Made by a program: the position numbers and the translations under genes. A stretch of DNA of 64,000 bases from Alphaproteobacteria bacterium (GTDB taxonomy: Bacteria > Pseudomonadota > Alphaproteobacteria > SP197). This document shows positions 24,700-33,904 of the stretch, piece by piece; position 1 is the stretch's first letter; each line of letters begins with the position of its first letter. The stretch covers positions 4,832,001 to 4,896,000 of the forward strand of contig OZ245842.1 in assembly GCA_965228895.1 (NCBI GenBank), read 5' to 3'. The notes below the pieces were generated by a model. The model had not been told where the DNA came from. It did no database searches and saw only the letters and a list, made by a program, of their open reading frames with translations.

Positions 24700-25507
24700 G
24701 ACCAAAGCGTTGTCGGTAGCGTGCCGTTGCCGTCGCGACATCGAGCATCACGCACACATCTGTGGTGTTGAATTGCCTGTCGATCACGGCACCATCGCCG
24801 AACAGACATCCGGCCCGCGCATAACCCTTGATCAGCGGCGGCAAGGTCACCGCACCGCGCCGCCGGTCGACCTGTTCTTCGGGCAGGATGTTCATGTCGA
24901 CATAGAGATGGTCAAGCGCCCGGGGTCGCAGCTCTTCGGGTGCCAGCAGGTAATGGTGCAGATAAGACAGCGGCATGGCGAGTTCTTCGGGGTCCGTGCC
25001 GTGCAGGCTGGCGCAACCGAACATGATCTTGATGTCGTACTGTTCAACATAGGCGCCAAGCCCGCGCAACAGCGCCTGAACGGTTGCGCCCGAACGGTAG
25101 CGTGCATCGACGCAGCTGCGGCCAAGCTCAACCAGTTCGCCTTTCACCGCAAGGATGTTGCTGATGTCGTACTCGCTGGCCGTGTAGAACGGTCTGTGCT
25201 GATCGGCGACCGAGCGGCGCAGCAGGCGATAGGTGCCAACAACAGCTTTGGCGCCATCGCCCAGTTCCGGATCAAGCACCAGCAGGTGATCGCATATCGC
25301 ATCAAAGTCGTCGAAGTCGCGCTTTTCGGCCTCCATCCTGCCGACGGGCTTGGCCGCCATCTCCTCGTAGAAAACGCGATAGCGCAGTCGTTGCGCGGCC
25401 TCGACTTCGGCCATGTCGCGTGCCAGGCGCAGGACCAGCGGCCCGAGCTGGATGCCTTCGTCCAGGCGGCCGGCTTCTTCGGTGCGTTGTTGCTGGTTCA
25501 TGGTCAT
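24653..25507 (-). CDS. olsB: L-ornithine N-acyltransferase (OlsB-like GNAT)
   Basis: AAQRLRYRVFYEEM, DDFDAICDHLLV, ELGRSCV, LPPLIKGY and FNTTD motifs. Confidence 0.85.
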   Translation of the reverse strand: MTMNQQQRTEEAGRLDEGIQLGPLVLRLARDMAEVEAAQRLRYRVFYEEMAAKPVGRMEAEKRDFDDFDAICDHLLVLDPELGDGAKAVVGTYRLLRRSVADQHRPFYTASEYDISNILAVKGELVELGRSCVDARYRSGATVQALLRGLGAYVEQYDIKIMFGCASLHGTDPEELAMPLSYLHHYLLAPEELRPRALDHLYVDMNILPEEQVDRRRGAVTLPPLIKGYARAGCLFGDGAVIDRQFNTTDVCVMLDVATATARYRQRFGHEDGNDGEADSPREV

Positions 25508-25546
25508 TGCCGTGGCGCGTGGTGTGTTTCGCGCGGCCGCGCCACC

Positions 25547-25975
25547 CTATCTGCGACCCTTGGGAGTCTTTTCCAAAGGCACGCCAAACAGTTCCATTTT
25601 GTGCTCAACCAGACGGTAGCCCAAACGCTTGGCGATCTTCTCTTGAAGAGCTTCCAGTTCCTCGTCGAAGAACTCGATCACCTCGCCGCTGTGCACGTCG
25701 ATCAGGTGATCGTGGTGGTCGTCAGAACTGGCTTCATAACGCGTTCGACCGCCGCCAAAGTCATGGCTCTCGATGATGCCGGAGTCCTCGAACAGACGCA
25801 GGGTTCGGTAGACGGTTGCCAGACTGATCCGTTCGTCATCGGCCGACGCACGCCGGTAGACCTCTTCGACATCGGGATGATCGTCGGCTGATGACAGAAC
25901 ACGGGCGATGACGCGACGCTGCTCGGTCATCTTCAGGCCCTTGTCTAGGCACGCGCGCTCAATTCGTGACGCCAT
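25547..25975 (-). CDS. fur: Fur/Mur family metal-responsive regulator
   Basis: MTEQRRVIARVL, DHPDVEEVY, ISLATVYRTLRLFE and HHDHLID motifs. Confidence 0.9.
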   Translation of the reverse strand: MASRIERACLDKGLKMTEQRRVIARVLSSADDHPDVEEVYRRASADDERISLATVYRTLRLFEDSGIIESHDFGGGRTRYEASSDDHHDHLIDVHSGEVIEFFDEELEALQEKIAKRLGYRLVEHKMELFGVPLEKTPKGRR

Positions 25976-26088
25976 TCGGTCCCCAACCCTCATCCCGGGG
26001 CTCCGAGCCCCGGTAGCGGCGCCCTAGGGCGCCTATGTGTTGAGTCTATAGCCTGGGGCCCGAACAGCAAAGCCCGGGCAGTCACGGA

Positions 26089-26538
26089 TCAACGACGCTT
26101 CTTGCGCCGTCCGCCTTTGGTGCCAAGCCCGATCTTCTTCGCCAGTTCACTGCGCTGGGCGGCGTAATTCGGGGCGACCATGGGATAGTCGGACGGCAAT
26201 CCCCAGCGCTCGCGGTATTCGTCCGGCGTCATATCGTAACGGGTCTTCAAATGCCGCTTCAGCATCTTGAGCTTTTTTCCGTCTTCCAGACACACAATAT
26301 AGTCCGGCATGATGGATTTCTTGATGGGCACGGCCGGTTGCGGCAACTCGGCTTCAACTTTTCCGGCGCCCGGGCCAGCGCTGGCGAGCGAGCTGTAGAC
26401 TTGGCGAATCAGTTCAGGCAGCTCGTCGGCACGAATTTCGTTGTTGGACACATGCGAGGCGACGATCTCGGTCGTCAGTGCCAGGAGTTCGCTGGCAGTC
26501 GGCTGATCGGTCATGGCAGTCATATCATTAGTTGTCAT
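26089..26538 (-). CDS. mucR: MucR/Ros family zinc-finger regulator
   Basis: PAVPIKKSI...IVCLEDGKKLKMLKRHL...YPMVAPNYA. Confidence 0.95.
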   Translation of the reverse strand: MTTNDMTAMTDQPTASELLALTTEIVASHVSNNEIRADELPELIRQVYSSLASAGPGAGKVEAELPQPAVPIKKSIMPDYIVCLEDGKKLKMLKRHLKTRYDMTPDEYRERWGLPSDYPMVAPNYAAQRSELAKKIGLGTKGGRRKKRR

Positions 26539-26569
26539 GGGTGCTGTTCATAACTCCGGAGAGGTTATC

Positions 26570-26866
26570 GTGTCCGATTCTGTCAATTCCGTAAGCAACG
26601 GTACAAAGCGCTCTTCTAAGTATTACGACGTTTTTCTAGACATAACAAGTGACGTATGTCCGATGACTTTCGTCAAAACAAAGATCATGCTTGAAAAGAT
26701 GCTTGGCGGCGCTATCGCCGAAGTACGTTTGAATGATGGCGAACCGCTCGAAAACGTGCCTCGGTCGGTACGCGAACATGGCCACGAGGTCTTGAGTTTG
26801 GAGGCGGAAGAACCCGGCAGCCGCGTCCATCGCCTGCGTATCCGCAAAGCGGAGGATGCGAAGTAA
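26570..26866 (+). CDS. TusA/SirA-family sulfur carrier protein
   Basis: LDITSDVCPMTFVKTK and GEPLENVPRSV motifs; GTG start preceded by GAGG. Confidence 0.8.
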   Translation: MSDSVNSVSNGTKRSSKYYDVFLDITSDVCPMTFVKTKIMLEKMLGGAIAEVRLNDGEPLENVPRSVREHGHEVLSLEAEEPGSRVHRLRIRKAEDAK

Positions 26867-26889
26867 TCGTGTGCTCGGTTGTTCGACTT

Positions 26890-27360
26890 CTAGTCTGTTA
26901 GATCGACACGCATGGTCACCGCGTCGGCCGTCCCATCGTCGCGTCGGTAGTAACCGGCCCTCCGGCCGACCGCGACAAAGCCTATGGTTTCATAGAGATG
27001 GCGCGCGGCATGATTGTCCTCGGCGACCTCCAAGACCATGGTCGTCGCCCCTTCCCTCGTTACATTGCTGAGAAGCGTCGTCATCAATTGCCGCGCAACA
27101 CCAGCGTTTCGTCGCTCCGGCACAACGCCAAGTGTCAGGAGCTCACTCTCGCCTCTGGTCTGGCGCACAAGCGCAAAACCGATGGCTGTCGACGGTCGCC
27201 GGGATCCACCGTTTTCATAGGCCAGCAAAGCGAAGCTGCCGTCAGGTTCCATCAGCCGGGAAAAGGTCGCGGCGTTCCAGCCTTCGTCAAAGCAAGAGAA
27301 GTGCAGGCGCGACAAGGTCGCGACCGTTTCATCCGGTGCCAGCACGACCTCTACCATCAC
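26890..27360 (-). CDS. rimI: RimI-like GNAT acetyltransferase
   Basis: ESELLTLGV and LEVAEDNHAARHLY...GRRAGYY motifs; follows tsaB. Confidence 0.85.
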   Translation of the reverse strand: MMVEVVLAPDETVATLSRLHFSCFDEGWNAATFSRLMEPDGSFALLAYENGGSRRPSTAIGFALVRQTRGESELLTLGVVPERRNAGVARQLMTTLLSNVTREGATTMVLEVAEDNHAARHLYETIGFVAVGRRAGYYRRDDGTADAVTMRVDLTD

Positions 27361-28019
27361 GTCTTACCCGGCAAATCGGCGTCGGGCGCGCGAAGGTAGA
27401 GCGGCGACGGGTAGGTCGTGGGTATCGATGCCTCCGGCACACCAAAGCGTCGACGCGCCACATCCACCAAGACGGCTGCATCGGGCAAGCGGCAATCGTC
27501 ACGCACCTCAACATCAGGTGAATCAGTGTAGACAAACGCGCCGCTGCCAACCGCGCGCCAGCGGCCGGGTATGGGCAGAGCACCGTCCTGGGCAACCACG
27601 CACGGCGCCTCAAGCGGGGTCAGCGCTGCATCAAACATCTGGCGATAAATCTCTCCGCGTCGCGCATCGATCGCGGCGATAACGCCGCACGCCTTGTCAT
27701 CGGTGACGGCCGCGGCCGCCGCCAGAACCTCAAGGCTTGTCAGGCCGGCGACCGGGACCGCGGCCGCCAAGCCGAGACCGCGCGCGGCGGCCAGGCCAAT
27801 TCTGATGCCGGTAAACGTGCCGGGTCCCGTGGTCACCGCGATCAGATCAAGCGCATCAAAGTCGAGGCCGGCCTGTGCCATCACCTCGGTGACCATCGGT
27901 ATCAAACGCTCGACATGGCCGCGCCGCAGCGTCTCGAAACGCCGGGCAGCTAACCCGTCACCGCACCACACCGCCGCCGAACAGGCATCGGTTGTCGTAT
28001 CGAAGCCCAGCACCTTCAT
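27357..28019 (-). CDS. tsaB: tRNA threonylcarbamoyladenosine biosynthesis protein TsaB
   Basis: VLGFDTT, GPGTFTGIRIGLA, IDARRGE and PLYLRAPDA motifs. Confidence 0.94.
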   Translation of the reverse strand: MKVLGFDTTTDACSAAVWCGDGLAARRFETLRRGHVERLIPMVTEVMAQAGLDFDALDLIAVTTGPGTFTGIRIGLAAARGLGLAAAVPVAGLTSLEVLAAAAAVTDDKACGVIAAIDARRGEIYRQMFDAALTPLEAPCVVAQDGALPIPGRWRAVGSGAFVYTDSPDVEVRDDCRLPDAAVLVDVARRRFGVPEASIPTTYPSPLYLRAPDADLPGKT

Positions 28020-28081
28020 GGCGGCGGTCGCCTGGCCGTGATAGGCTCTAACGACACCGTCTCCCACGCACCAGAAGTACC

Positions 28082-28633
28082 ATGCTGGTCGAAATCGCCC
28101 CTCCCGCCTTCGATGTCGATGTCGCGCTGGCTTATGCCGGATCCGACAATTTCATGGGCCAGGCAGTCTATCGTCAGGGCCGTTGCTGGCTTCATGACGA
28201 TGCCGCCGCTGCGCTGGCGCGCGCGATCGCGCTGGCCGCCGAGCAAGGTCTGCGGTTCAAGATCTATGACGCGTTCCGGCCCAGCGAGGCGCAGTGGGCG
28301 CTGTGGCACCATACGCCGGATCCCGACTATGTCGCCGATCCGCGGCGTGGTTCGCCGCACAGCCGTGGCGTCGCCGTCGACCTGACCTTGATCGACGCCG
28401 ACGGCAACGAGCTCGACATGGGCGGGCCGGTCGATGACCTGACCGAGCGCGGCCATCACGACGCGGCGGATCTGGCGCCTGCCGCACGGCGCAACCGCCT
28501 GCTGCTGCTGGGCATCATGACCGCCGCCGGTTGGGACTGGTATGTCCGGGAGTGGTGGCACTATCAGTTGTTCCGTCCTCGCGACTATCCGGTCTTGAGT
28601 GATCGCGCCGCCGGCACGGGCATGATGGGTTAG
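28082..28633 (+). CDS. ddpX: D-Ala-D-Ala dipeptidase (VanX/DdpX, peptidase M15D)
   Basis: IYDAFRP, SPHSRGVAVDLTL (SxHxxGxAxD) and EWWHY motifs. Confidence 0.9.
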   Translation: MLVEIAPPAFDVDVALAYAGSDNFMGQAVYRQGRCWLHDDAAAALARAIALAAEQGLRFKIYDAFRPSEAQWALWHHTPDPDYVADPRRGSPHSRGVAVDLTLIDADGNELDMGGPVDDLTERGHHDAADLAPAARRNRLLLLGIMTAAGWDWYVREWWHYQLFRPRDYPVLSDRAAGTGMMG

Positions 28634-28653
28634 GTCAGACCTGTTCCGGCAGA

Positions 28654-29241
28654 TCACAGGATGCGGCACGTCTCGTCAAACGTCAGACGGTCGTCGCGCG
28701 GATGCAAACGGGCGGTATCGCCATAGCCGATGTTGCACAAGAAGTTCGACCGCCACGTCGTGTCGGCAAAGAACGCCTCATCCACACCCTTGTTGCTGAA
28801 CCCGGACATCGGACCGCAATCAAGCCCCAGCGCCCGCAACGCCATCATCAGATAGGCGCCTTGCAGGCTGCCGTTGCGCAACGCCGTCGCCTTGATCGCG
28901 GCATCGTGGCCGGCGAACCAGGAACGCGCGTCGTCGCGCGGCCACAGCCGCGGCAGCAGCTCGTAGAACTCCATATCGTGGGCAATGATGGCGGTGACCG
29001 GTGCTTCCATGGTCTGACGCACGTTGCCGTCGTCCACATGCGGCTCCAAACGCATCTTGGCCTCTTGGGAGACGACAAACACCACCCGCGCGGGTGAACA
29101 ATTGGCGCTGGTCGGTCCCATCTTGGCAAGTTCCCACGCAGCGCGCAGGATATCGTCTGGAACCGGTTGATCCGCCCAGTACCGGTGCGTCCGGGCTAGG
29201 CGGAACAGGGTATCGAGGGAGTCGTCGCTTAGGCGAGCCAT
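28654..29241 (-). CDS. Nitroreductase family protein (RutE / malonic semialdehyde reductase-like)
   Basis: LFRLARTH, MGPTSANCSPAR, RNGSLQGAY and GLDCGPMSGF motifs. Confidence 0.85.
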   Translation of the reverse strand: MARLSDDSLDTLFRLARTHRYWADQPVPDDILRAAWELAKMGPTSANCSPARVVFVVSQEAKMRLEPHVDDGNVRQTMEAPVTAIIAHDMEFYELLPRLWPRDDARSWFAGHDAAIKATALRNGSLQGAYLMMALRALGLDCGPMSGFSNKGVDEAFFADTTWRSNFLCNIGYGDTARLHPRDDRLTFDETCRIL

Positions 29242-30355
29242 GATGGGCGATCCAGATAGTGTCCGACAGCGTGCGCTGAGCGCGACAGGTTTAGCGGCCG
29301 CGTGGCGGCATGCCAAGCCGCGGCGCTTGCTGGCCTATGTTCTCATGTCGCTGGCCCTGACCGGCAGTGTCGTTGCCCAGACGCCGGCCGACAACGGCGC
29401 GGTGATGGTGACCTACCATCGGTTCGGCGAAGACAGCTACCCGTCCACCAACATTCGCCTCGACCAGTTCGAGCGTCATATCGACATCCTGACAAACGGC
29501 GATTTCAATGTCTTGCCGCTAAGCGTGGTCATCGCCGCGTTCAAGGAAGGCACGCCCCTGCCCGACCGCACTGTCGTCATCACAATCGACGACGCCTATC
29601 AGTCTGTCTACCAAGAGGCCTGGCCACGGATGAGTGAGGCTGGTCTACCGTTCACGGTCTTCGTCGCCACGGACATGGTGGGCGGCGGCCCCACGATGAT
29701 GACCTGGGACGAAATCCGCGAACTCGCCGCGTCCGGCGTCGAAATCGGCGCTCATAGCGCGGCGCATGGCCACATGCCGTTCATGGACCGCGGCGCGGTC
29801 GAGGCGGACTTCGTGCGCATGACCGCAGCGCTCAACGAAGAACTTGGTTTTGTGCCCTCGATCTATGCCTATCCTTACGGCGAATACAGCCCGGAGCTCA
29901 TCGACGTGGTTGCCGCGGCAGGCTATGACGCCGCGCTCGGTCAGCATTCCGGTGTTGCTTATGAAGGCGACAATCTGTTCACGCTGCCGCGCTTCGCCCT
30001 CAACGAGCGATATGGCGAACCCGAACGGTTCGACCTGATCGTCGAAGCGCTGCCGCTTCCGGTCAGTGACATCTGGCCCAGCGGCATGCTGATTGCCGAA
30101 AACCTGGGCGAAAACAACCCGCCGCAGATCGGCTTCACGGTCGATGAGTCGGTGGGTTCGCTGGACCAGCTCAATTGTTTCGCGTCGAACGAGTCGGATG
30201 TCGCGTTGGAGATCTTGGGCGCCGATCACGTCGAGGTGCGGCTATCGAGCCCGTTTCCGCCCGGGCGCTCGCGTTTGAATTGCACGCTCCCCGGCCCCGA
30301 CGGGCGCTGGCGCTGGATGGGCCTGCCGTTCCTGTTGCCGGGCGGCACCGACTAG
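29240..30355 (+). CDS. Exported polysaccharide deacetylase (CE4/NodB family)
   Basis: Hydrophobic N-terminus ending VVA-Q; YHRFG, ITIDDA, HSAAH and YAYPYGE motifs; start uncertain (29240, 29327 or 29345). Confidence 0.85.
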   Translation: MMGDPDSVRQRALSATGLAAAWRHAKPRRLLAYVLMSLALTGSVVAQTPADNGAVMVTYHRFGEDSYPSTNIRLDQFERHIDILTNGDFNVLPLSVVIAAFKEGTPLPDRTVVITIDDAYQSVYQEAWPRMSEAGLPFTVFVATDMVGGGPTMMTWDEIRELAASGVEIGAHSAAHGHMPFMDRGAVEADFVRMTAALNEELGFVPSIYAYPYGEYSPELIDVVAAAGYDAALGQHSGVAYEGDNLFTLPRFALNERYGEPERFDLIVEALPLPVSDIWPSGMLIAENLGENNPPQIGFTVDESVGSLDQLNCFASNESDVALEILGADHVEVRLSSPFPPGRSRLNCTLPGPDGRWRWMGLPFLLPGGTD

Positions 30356-30376
30356 AGCGTTTTCGGTTCCCGCTGT

Positions 30377-30480
30377 GCCGGCCCGCTCCCCCGCCTCCGG
30401 GGCAAAACGCCGAGAGGCGTTTTCGCCGAGGCCACCCATGGCAGCATCCTCGGGGTGGCCAGCCGGGGGAGCGGGCCGGT
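30377..30480 (-). repeat. Family B long-stem hairpin repeat, copy 1 (reverse orientation, with nested hairpin insertion)
   Basis: CCGGCCCGCTCCCCC...GGCCACCC-ATGGCAGCATCCTCG-GGGTGGCC...GGGGGAGCGGGCCGG. Confidence 0.85.
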
Positions 30481-30504
30481 GGTGCGACTAGATTGGAAAG
30501 CCTA

Positions 30505-31434
30505 CTAGATCGCGAGGTCGGTCAGGCGCGCGCTGTCGAAATCAGTCAGGTCGTTGGAGCGGATGATGGCGCGGATCTTGTTGACATAGGCTTGGCCTTC
30601 TTCCGAATAGCCATCCAGGCCCGTTGCCATCAGGTAACCATCCAGCGAACGGCCGGTCTCGCGATAGAACGCCCGCATGTCGCGAAACGGTTCATAGGCC
30701 GCATGGCTGTTCAGGTTGACCATGTAGGCGAAGACCGAGTCGCGCAGGCCGTCAAAGGCGCGGACCTCGTGGCTTTGGCCGGAAGCTCTGGCATCCGGCA
30801 CCATGCCGGCACCGGCCTCCCAAATCCGCTGGCCGAACAGCGCGTTGCCCTCATGAACAAAGCGCGACGTGCCCCATCCGGTTTCCTGGGCCGCCTGCGC
30901 CAGCATCATCGACGGCGGGATGACATCGACCCGGGCCAAGAGTTCGTCACGTTCGCCGGGTTCCACGCCATAGGCTTCGTACATGGTCGCAAGCCAACGC
31001 CGATCGGTGAATGACGGCGACTGTCCGCTGTCTTCGAGTGCCGCCAGATAAAGCAGATGGGCCCGATCCATCAGGAGCCGTTCGTTGGCGTCCAAAACCA
31101 GCGGCAGCATCAACTTGATAAAGATGCGTTTGCGTTCGTCGCTCGATTCGATGGTCGCCATGTCCACCGGCATGGCCGCCGCATAAACCCGCGGTACGGC
31201 GGATTCGCCCTCGCGCGCGGCGTCGACCTGGTAGCCGGTCAGGCTCAACAGGCGATCAAAGCTATCGGAGTCGAGGCCCGACAAGCCGTTTGCCGCCAGG
31301 ACCAAATGACCGGCCGACTGCAGCGGTGCGGCCTCGACCACGACAGGCGCGATCGGCAGAGCCGGCAACGAGACGGAATCGACCGCCGCCGCGCCGATCG
31401 AAAGACCGGCGCCCAGTACAAAGACAGAGAGCAT
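30505..31434 (-). CDS. Glucosaminidase-domain (GH73/Bax-like) protein
   Basis: RKRIFIKLMLP, LAQAAQETGWGTSRF...GNALFGQ, YMVNLNSHAAY and YSE motifs. Confidence 0.85.
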   Translation of the reverse strand: MLSVFVLGAGLSIGAAAVDSVSLPALPIAPVVVEAAPLQSAGHLVLAANGLSGLDSDSFDRLLSLTGYQVDAAREGESAVPRVYAAAMPVDMATIESSDERKRIFIKLMLPLVLDANERLLMDRAHLLYLAALEDSGQSPSFTDRRWLATMYEAYGVEPGERDELLARVDVIPPSMMLAQAAQETGWGTSRFVHEGNALFGQRIWEAGAGMVPDARASGQSHEVRAFDGLRDSVFAYMVNLNSHAAYEPFRDMRAFYRETGRSLDGYLMATGLDGYSEEGQAYVNKIRAIIRSNDLTDFDSARLTDLAI

Positions 31435-31579
31435 GAAACTATTCAGCCGCGTTGTTGACAGATGACACCATCGGCGGCTCCCCCCAGGGAACCTTCTAAC
31501 GACGCGACGCTAGTCAGACAATATGGCTAGATTCAGATATCCACAGGGCGATTTTTGGTTGTGCGCGCCGCGAACGGCA

Positions 31580-31648
31580 CCGGCCCGCTCCCCCTCCCGA
31601 CCACCCTAAGGATACTGCCATGGGTGGTCGGGAGGGGGAGCGGGCCGG
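31580..31648 (+). repeat. Family B long-stem hairpin repeat, copy 2
   Basis: Perfect 27-bp stem CCGGCCCGCTCCCCCTCCCGACCACCC with loop TAAGGATACTGCCAT. Confidence 0.9.
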
Positions 31649-31683
31649 CGGTGGGGCCACGCAAGTGGCTGACAACCAGATAC

Positions 31684-32241
31684 CTACATCACCGGTCGGA
31701 CTTCGACGACCTCGGGAATGTAGTGTTTCAGAAGGTTCTCGATGCCCATCTTCAGCGTCATGGTCGAGCTTGGGCAGCCCTGACAGGCGCCCTGCATGGC
31801 CAAGTACACGACGCCCTGCTGGAATCCCTTGAACGTGATGTCGCCGCCATCCATGGCAACGGCAGGACGGACACGCGTATCAAGCAGTTCCTTGATCTGG
31901 CCGACAACTTCCTGATCGGCAGGATCGATCTCGTCTTCTTCAATAGCCTCGGCGGCGCCTTCGATCACCGGCCGGCCGGCGATGAAGTGCTCCATGATGA
32001 CGCCCAGGATGGCGGGTTTCATGAGCTGCCAGTCGCCGGTCTCGGCCTTGGTGACCGAAACGAAGTCGCTGCCCAGGAAGACGCCTGTAACGTGCTCGAC
32101 GTCGAACAGGCGCTGGGCCAGCGGCGAGCGGTCGGCGCTGTCACGGTTGGGGAAGTCCGCCGTGCCGTCGCCCATAACGGGCCGGCCGGGCAGGAACTTC
32201 ATGGTCGCCGGGTTGGGTGTGTCTTCGGTCTGGATGAACAT
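31684..32241 (-). CDS. NifU/NfuA-family Fe-S cluster carrier
   Basis: MFIQTEDTPNPATMKFLPG, VRPAVAMDGGDI and GACQGCPSS motifs. Confidence 0.93.
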   Translation of the reverse strand: MFIQTEDTPNPATMKFLPGRPVMGDGTADFPNRDSADRSPLAQRLFDVEHVTGVFLGSDFVSVTKAETGDWQLMKPAILGVIMEHFIAGRPVIEGAAEAIEEDEIDPADQEVVGQIKELLDTRVRPAVAMDGGDITFKGFQQGVVYLAMQGACQGCPSSTMTLKMGIENLLKHYIPEVVEVRPVM

Positions 32242-32341
32242 GCCGTCACCTTTTCAGTCGCGGCGTTTGTGTCATGGGTTCTGGCCAAAGGTGGGGATGG
32301 TGTGGCCAACGGTCAAGCAAACCCGCAAATCCGCCCCTAAG

Positions 32342-32848
32342 CTAGGTAATGTTGACGATCTGCTCGTCGGTCAGGGTTCCGGGAATGACGACCAGCGGAA
32401 TCGTCAGGCGCCCGGCCAGATGGCCGGCCAAAAACGACACCAGCTTGCCGCGCCCTTCGCTGGGGTTGGATCCCACACACAGCAGGTCGATCGAGCGGTC
32501 CTCGTCGACCAGATTGAGGATCTCGTCGCCGATGCGGCCCTCGCGCACCAGAAGCTCCGGCATGACGCCGGCCCACGCGTTCACGTCAGCCGCCAGATCC
32601 TGCAGCAGGTTTTCGGCGGCCTCCCAGCGTTCGCCCTGCATCAGGTCCTCGACGCCCGACCAATGACGGAAGTCGGCCGGCTGAATGACATGAAGCAACG
32701 CGACCCGGCCATCCGTGTTCTTGGCCCGCCGGCAGGCATAGTGCACCGCCACCTTCGAGGGCGGCGATCCATCGACGCAAACCAGGAACTTGACCTGACC
32801 GGCAATGTGGCTACTCGCCGGTGTGTCTGTCTTCGAGGCGTTCGTCAT
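32342..32848 (-). CDS. Universal stress protein
   Basis: KFLVCVDGS, VALLHVI and IPLVVIPG motifs; usual position between trpS and nifU. Confidence 0.88.
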   Translation of the reverse strand: MTNASKTDTPASSHIAGQVKFLVCVDGSPPSKVAVHYACRRAKNTDGRVALLHVIQPADFRHWSGVEDLMQGERWEAAENLLQDLAADVNAWAGVMPELLVREGRIGDEILNLVDEDRSIDLLCVGSNPSEGRGKLVSFLAGHLAGRLTIPLVVIPGTLTDEQIVNIT

Positions 32849-32985
32849 GTTGTTCCGATCACGCAGTTGATCCTTAGAGCAAGCTTGCTTCGCCTTGTTT
32901 CACGCCGAAGCGCGAACCCTGCTTGCATGCACCATCCTTGAAACCGATTTACGCTGCCCACACTGCGCTATGACGCGGTTGGGCG

Positions 32986-33122
32986 CTAGAGCGGATCATG
33001 GTGAGGTGGAGCCGTCTGACGGTTCCACCTCACCATGATCCGCTCGCCATCGATAAGTAGAGCAGATTCACCTGCCTTGATGCCATCGCGAAGCGATCCC
33101 ATCAAAACAGGATCTGCTCTAG
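32986..33122 (+). repeat. Family A double-hairpin repeat, copy 3 (CTAG at both ends; right CTAG holds the stop codon of the neighbouring gene)
   Basis: CTAGAGCGGATCATGGTGAGGTGGAGCCG...CGGTTCCACCTCACCATGATCCGCTC...TAGAGCAGAT...ATCTGCTCTAG. Confidence 0.92.
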
Positions 33123-33904
33123 GGCCGCCGGAACAGCAGGTTACCCAGGAATCCTGCCATTGCTGCGGCAATAATCGCAAACAATCCGTAGAGCGATGAT
33201 TGTTCGTTAGCAAAATCAAACACTTCGGCGCCGAACCCCACCTTGTTGACGACCAGAGGCGAGCTTTGCGCGGCGACAATCACCCCGTCTTTCAGCAGAA
33301 ACACGTCGGCGATATAGGTGCCGACCGTCACCTCCGACGGAAACGCCACGGTCGCGCGGAACAGGCGGCCGCCGACAACATCGATATGGGCCGGCGTCAG
33401 GGAATAAAGGCCCTGCCGCTGCTTCAGCGAAATGAGCGCGTCGCGGAATTCATCCAACTCCTCGTCGCTGACGGCTTCCTGGGGCATCAGGCGCAGGTAC
33501 TCGACGCCAACCTCGTGCAGCGCCAAGGCGTCTTCGGCATCGAGCTGGTCGAGCGGACGGGTCGAGGCGACGGCGTAATAGCTGGGCACGTTGTCAAAGG
33601 TCACCGACTTGGTGTTGAGCCAAATGCCGAAGACCTGTGATTTGCGGCGCACCACGGCTTCATCACGCGGGCCGCGCACGACAACCAGGATATCGCCGTC
33701 GCCCTCGACTGCGCCGAACACCAAAAGATCGGTGCCGGTGAAATCCGACGTAATGGCGATGAGGTGGTGCGACAGATCAGCAATCAAAGACGGCGCGACC
33801 ATTGCTTCCGAGGCAGGCGAGCCACCCTCGGTCTGCGCGCCCGCGGGGCCGGCGGCCAGGAGTCCCAGCGAGAACAGGATCGCGATGAGCGGTGGGCGCC
33901 TCAT
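33119..33904 (-). CDS. TIGR02186 family membrane protein
   Basis: LIADLSHHLIAITSDFTGTDLLVFGA, VVRRK...GIWLN, PSYYAVAS and LFRA motifs; C-terminal TM; follows a TauE-family gene. Confidence 0.85.
   Translation of the reverse strand: MRRPPLIAILFSLGLLAAGPAGAQTEGGSPASEAMVAPSLIADLSHHLIAITSDFTGTDLLVFGAVEGDGDILVVVRGPRDEAVVRRKSQVFGIWLNTKSVTFDNVPSYYAVASTRPLDQLDAEDALALHEVGVEYLRLMPQEAVSDEELDEFRDALISLKQRQGLYSLTPAHIDVVGGRLFRATVAFPSEVTVGTYIADVFLLKDGVIVAAQSSPLVVNKVGFGAEVFDFANEQSSLYGLFAIIAAAMAGFLGNLLFRRP

Noticed and set aside
31535-31548. DnaA-box-like ATATCCACA
   Set aside because: Single imperfect match with no cluster or origin context.
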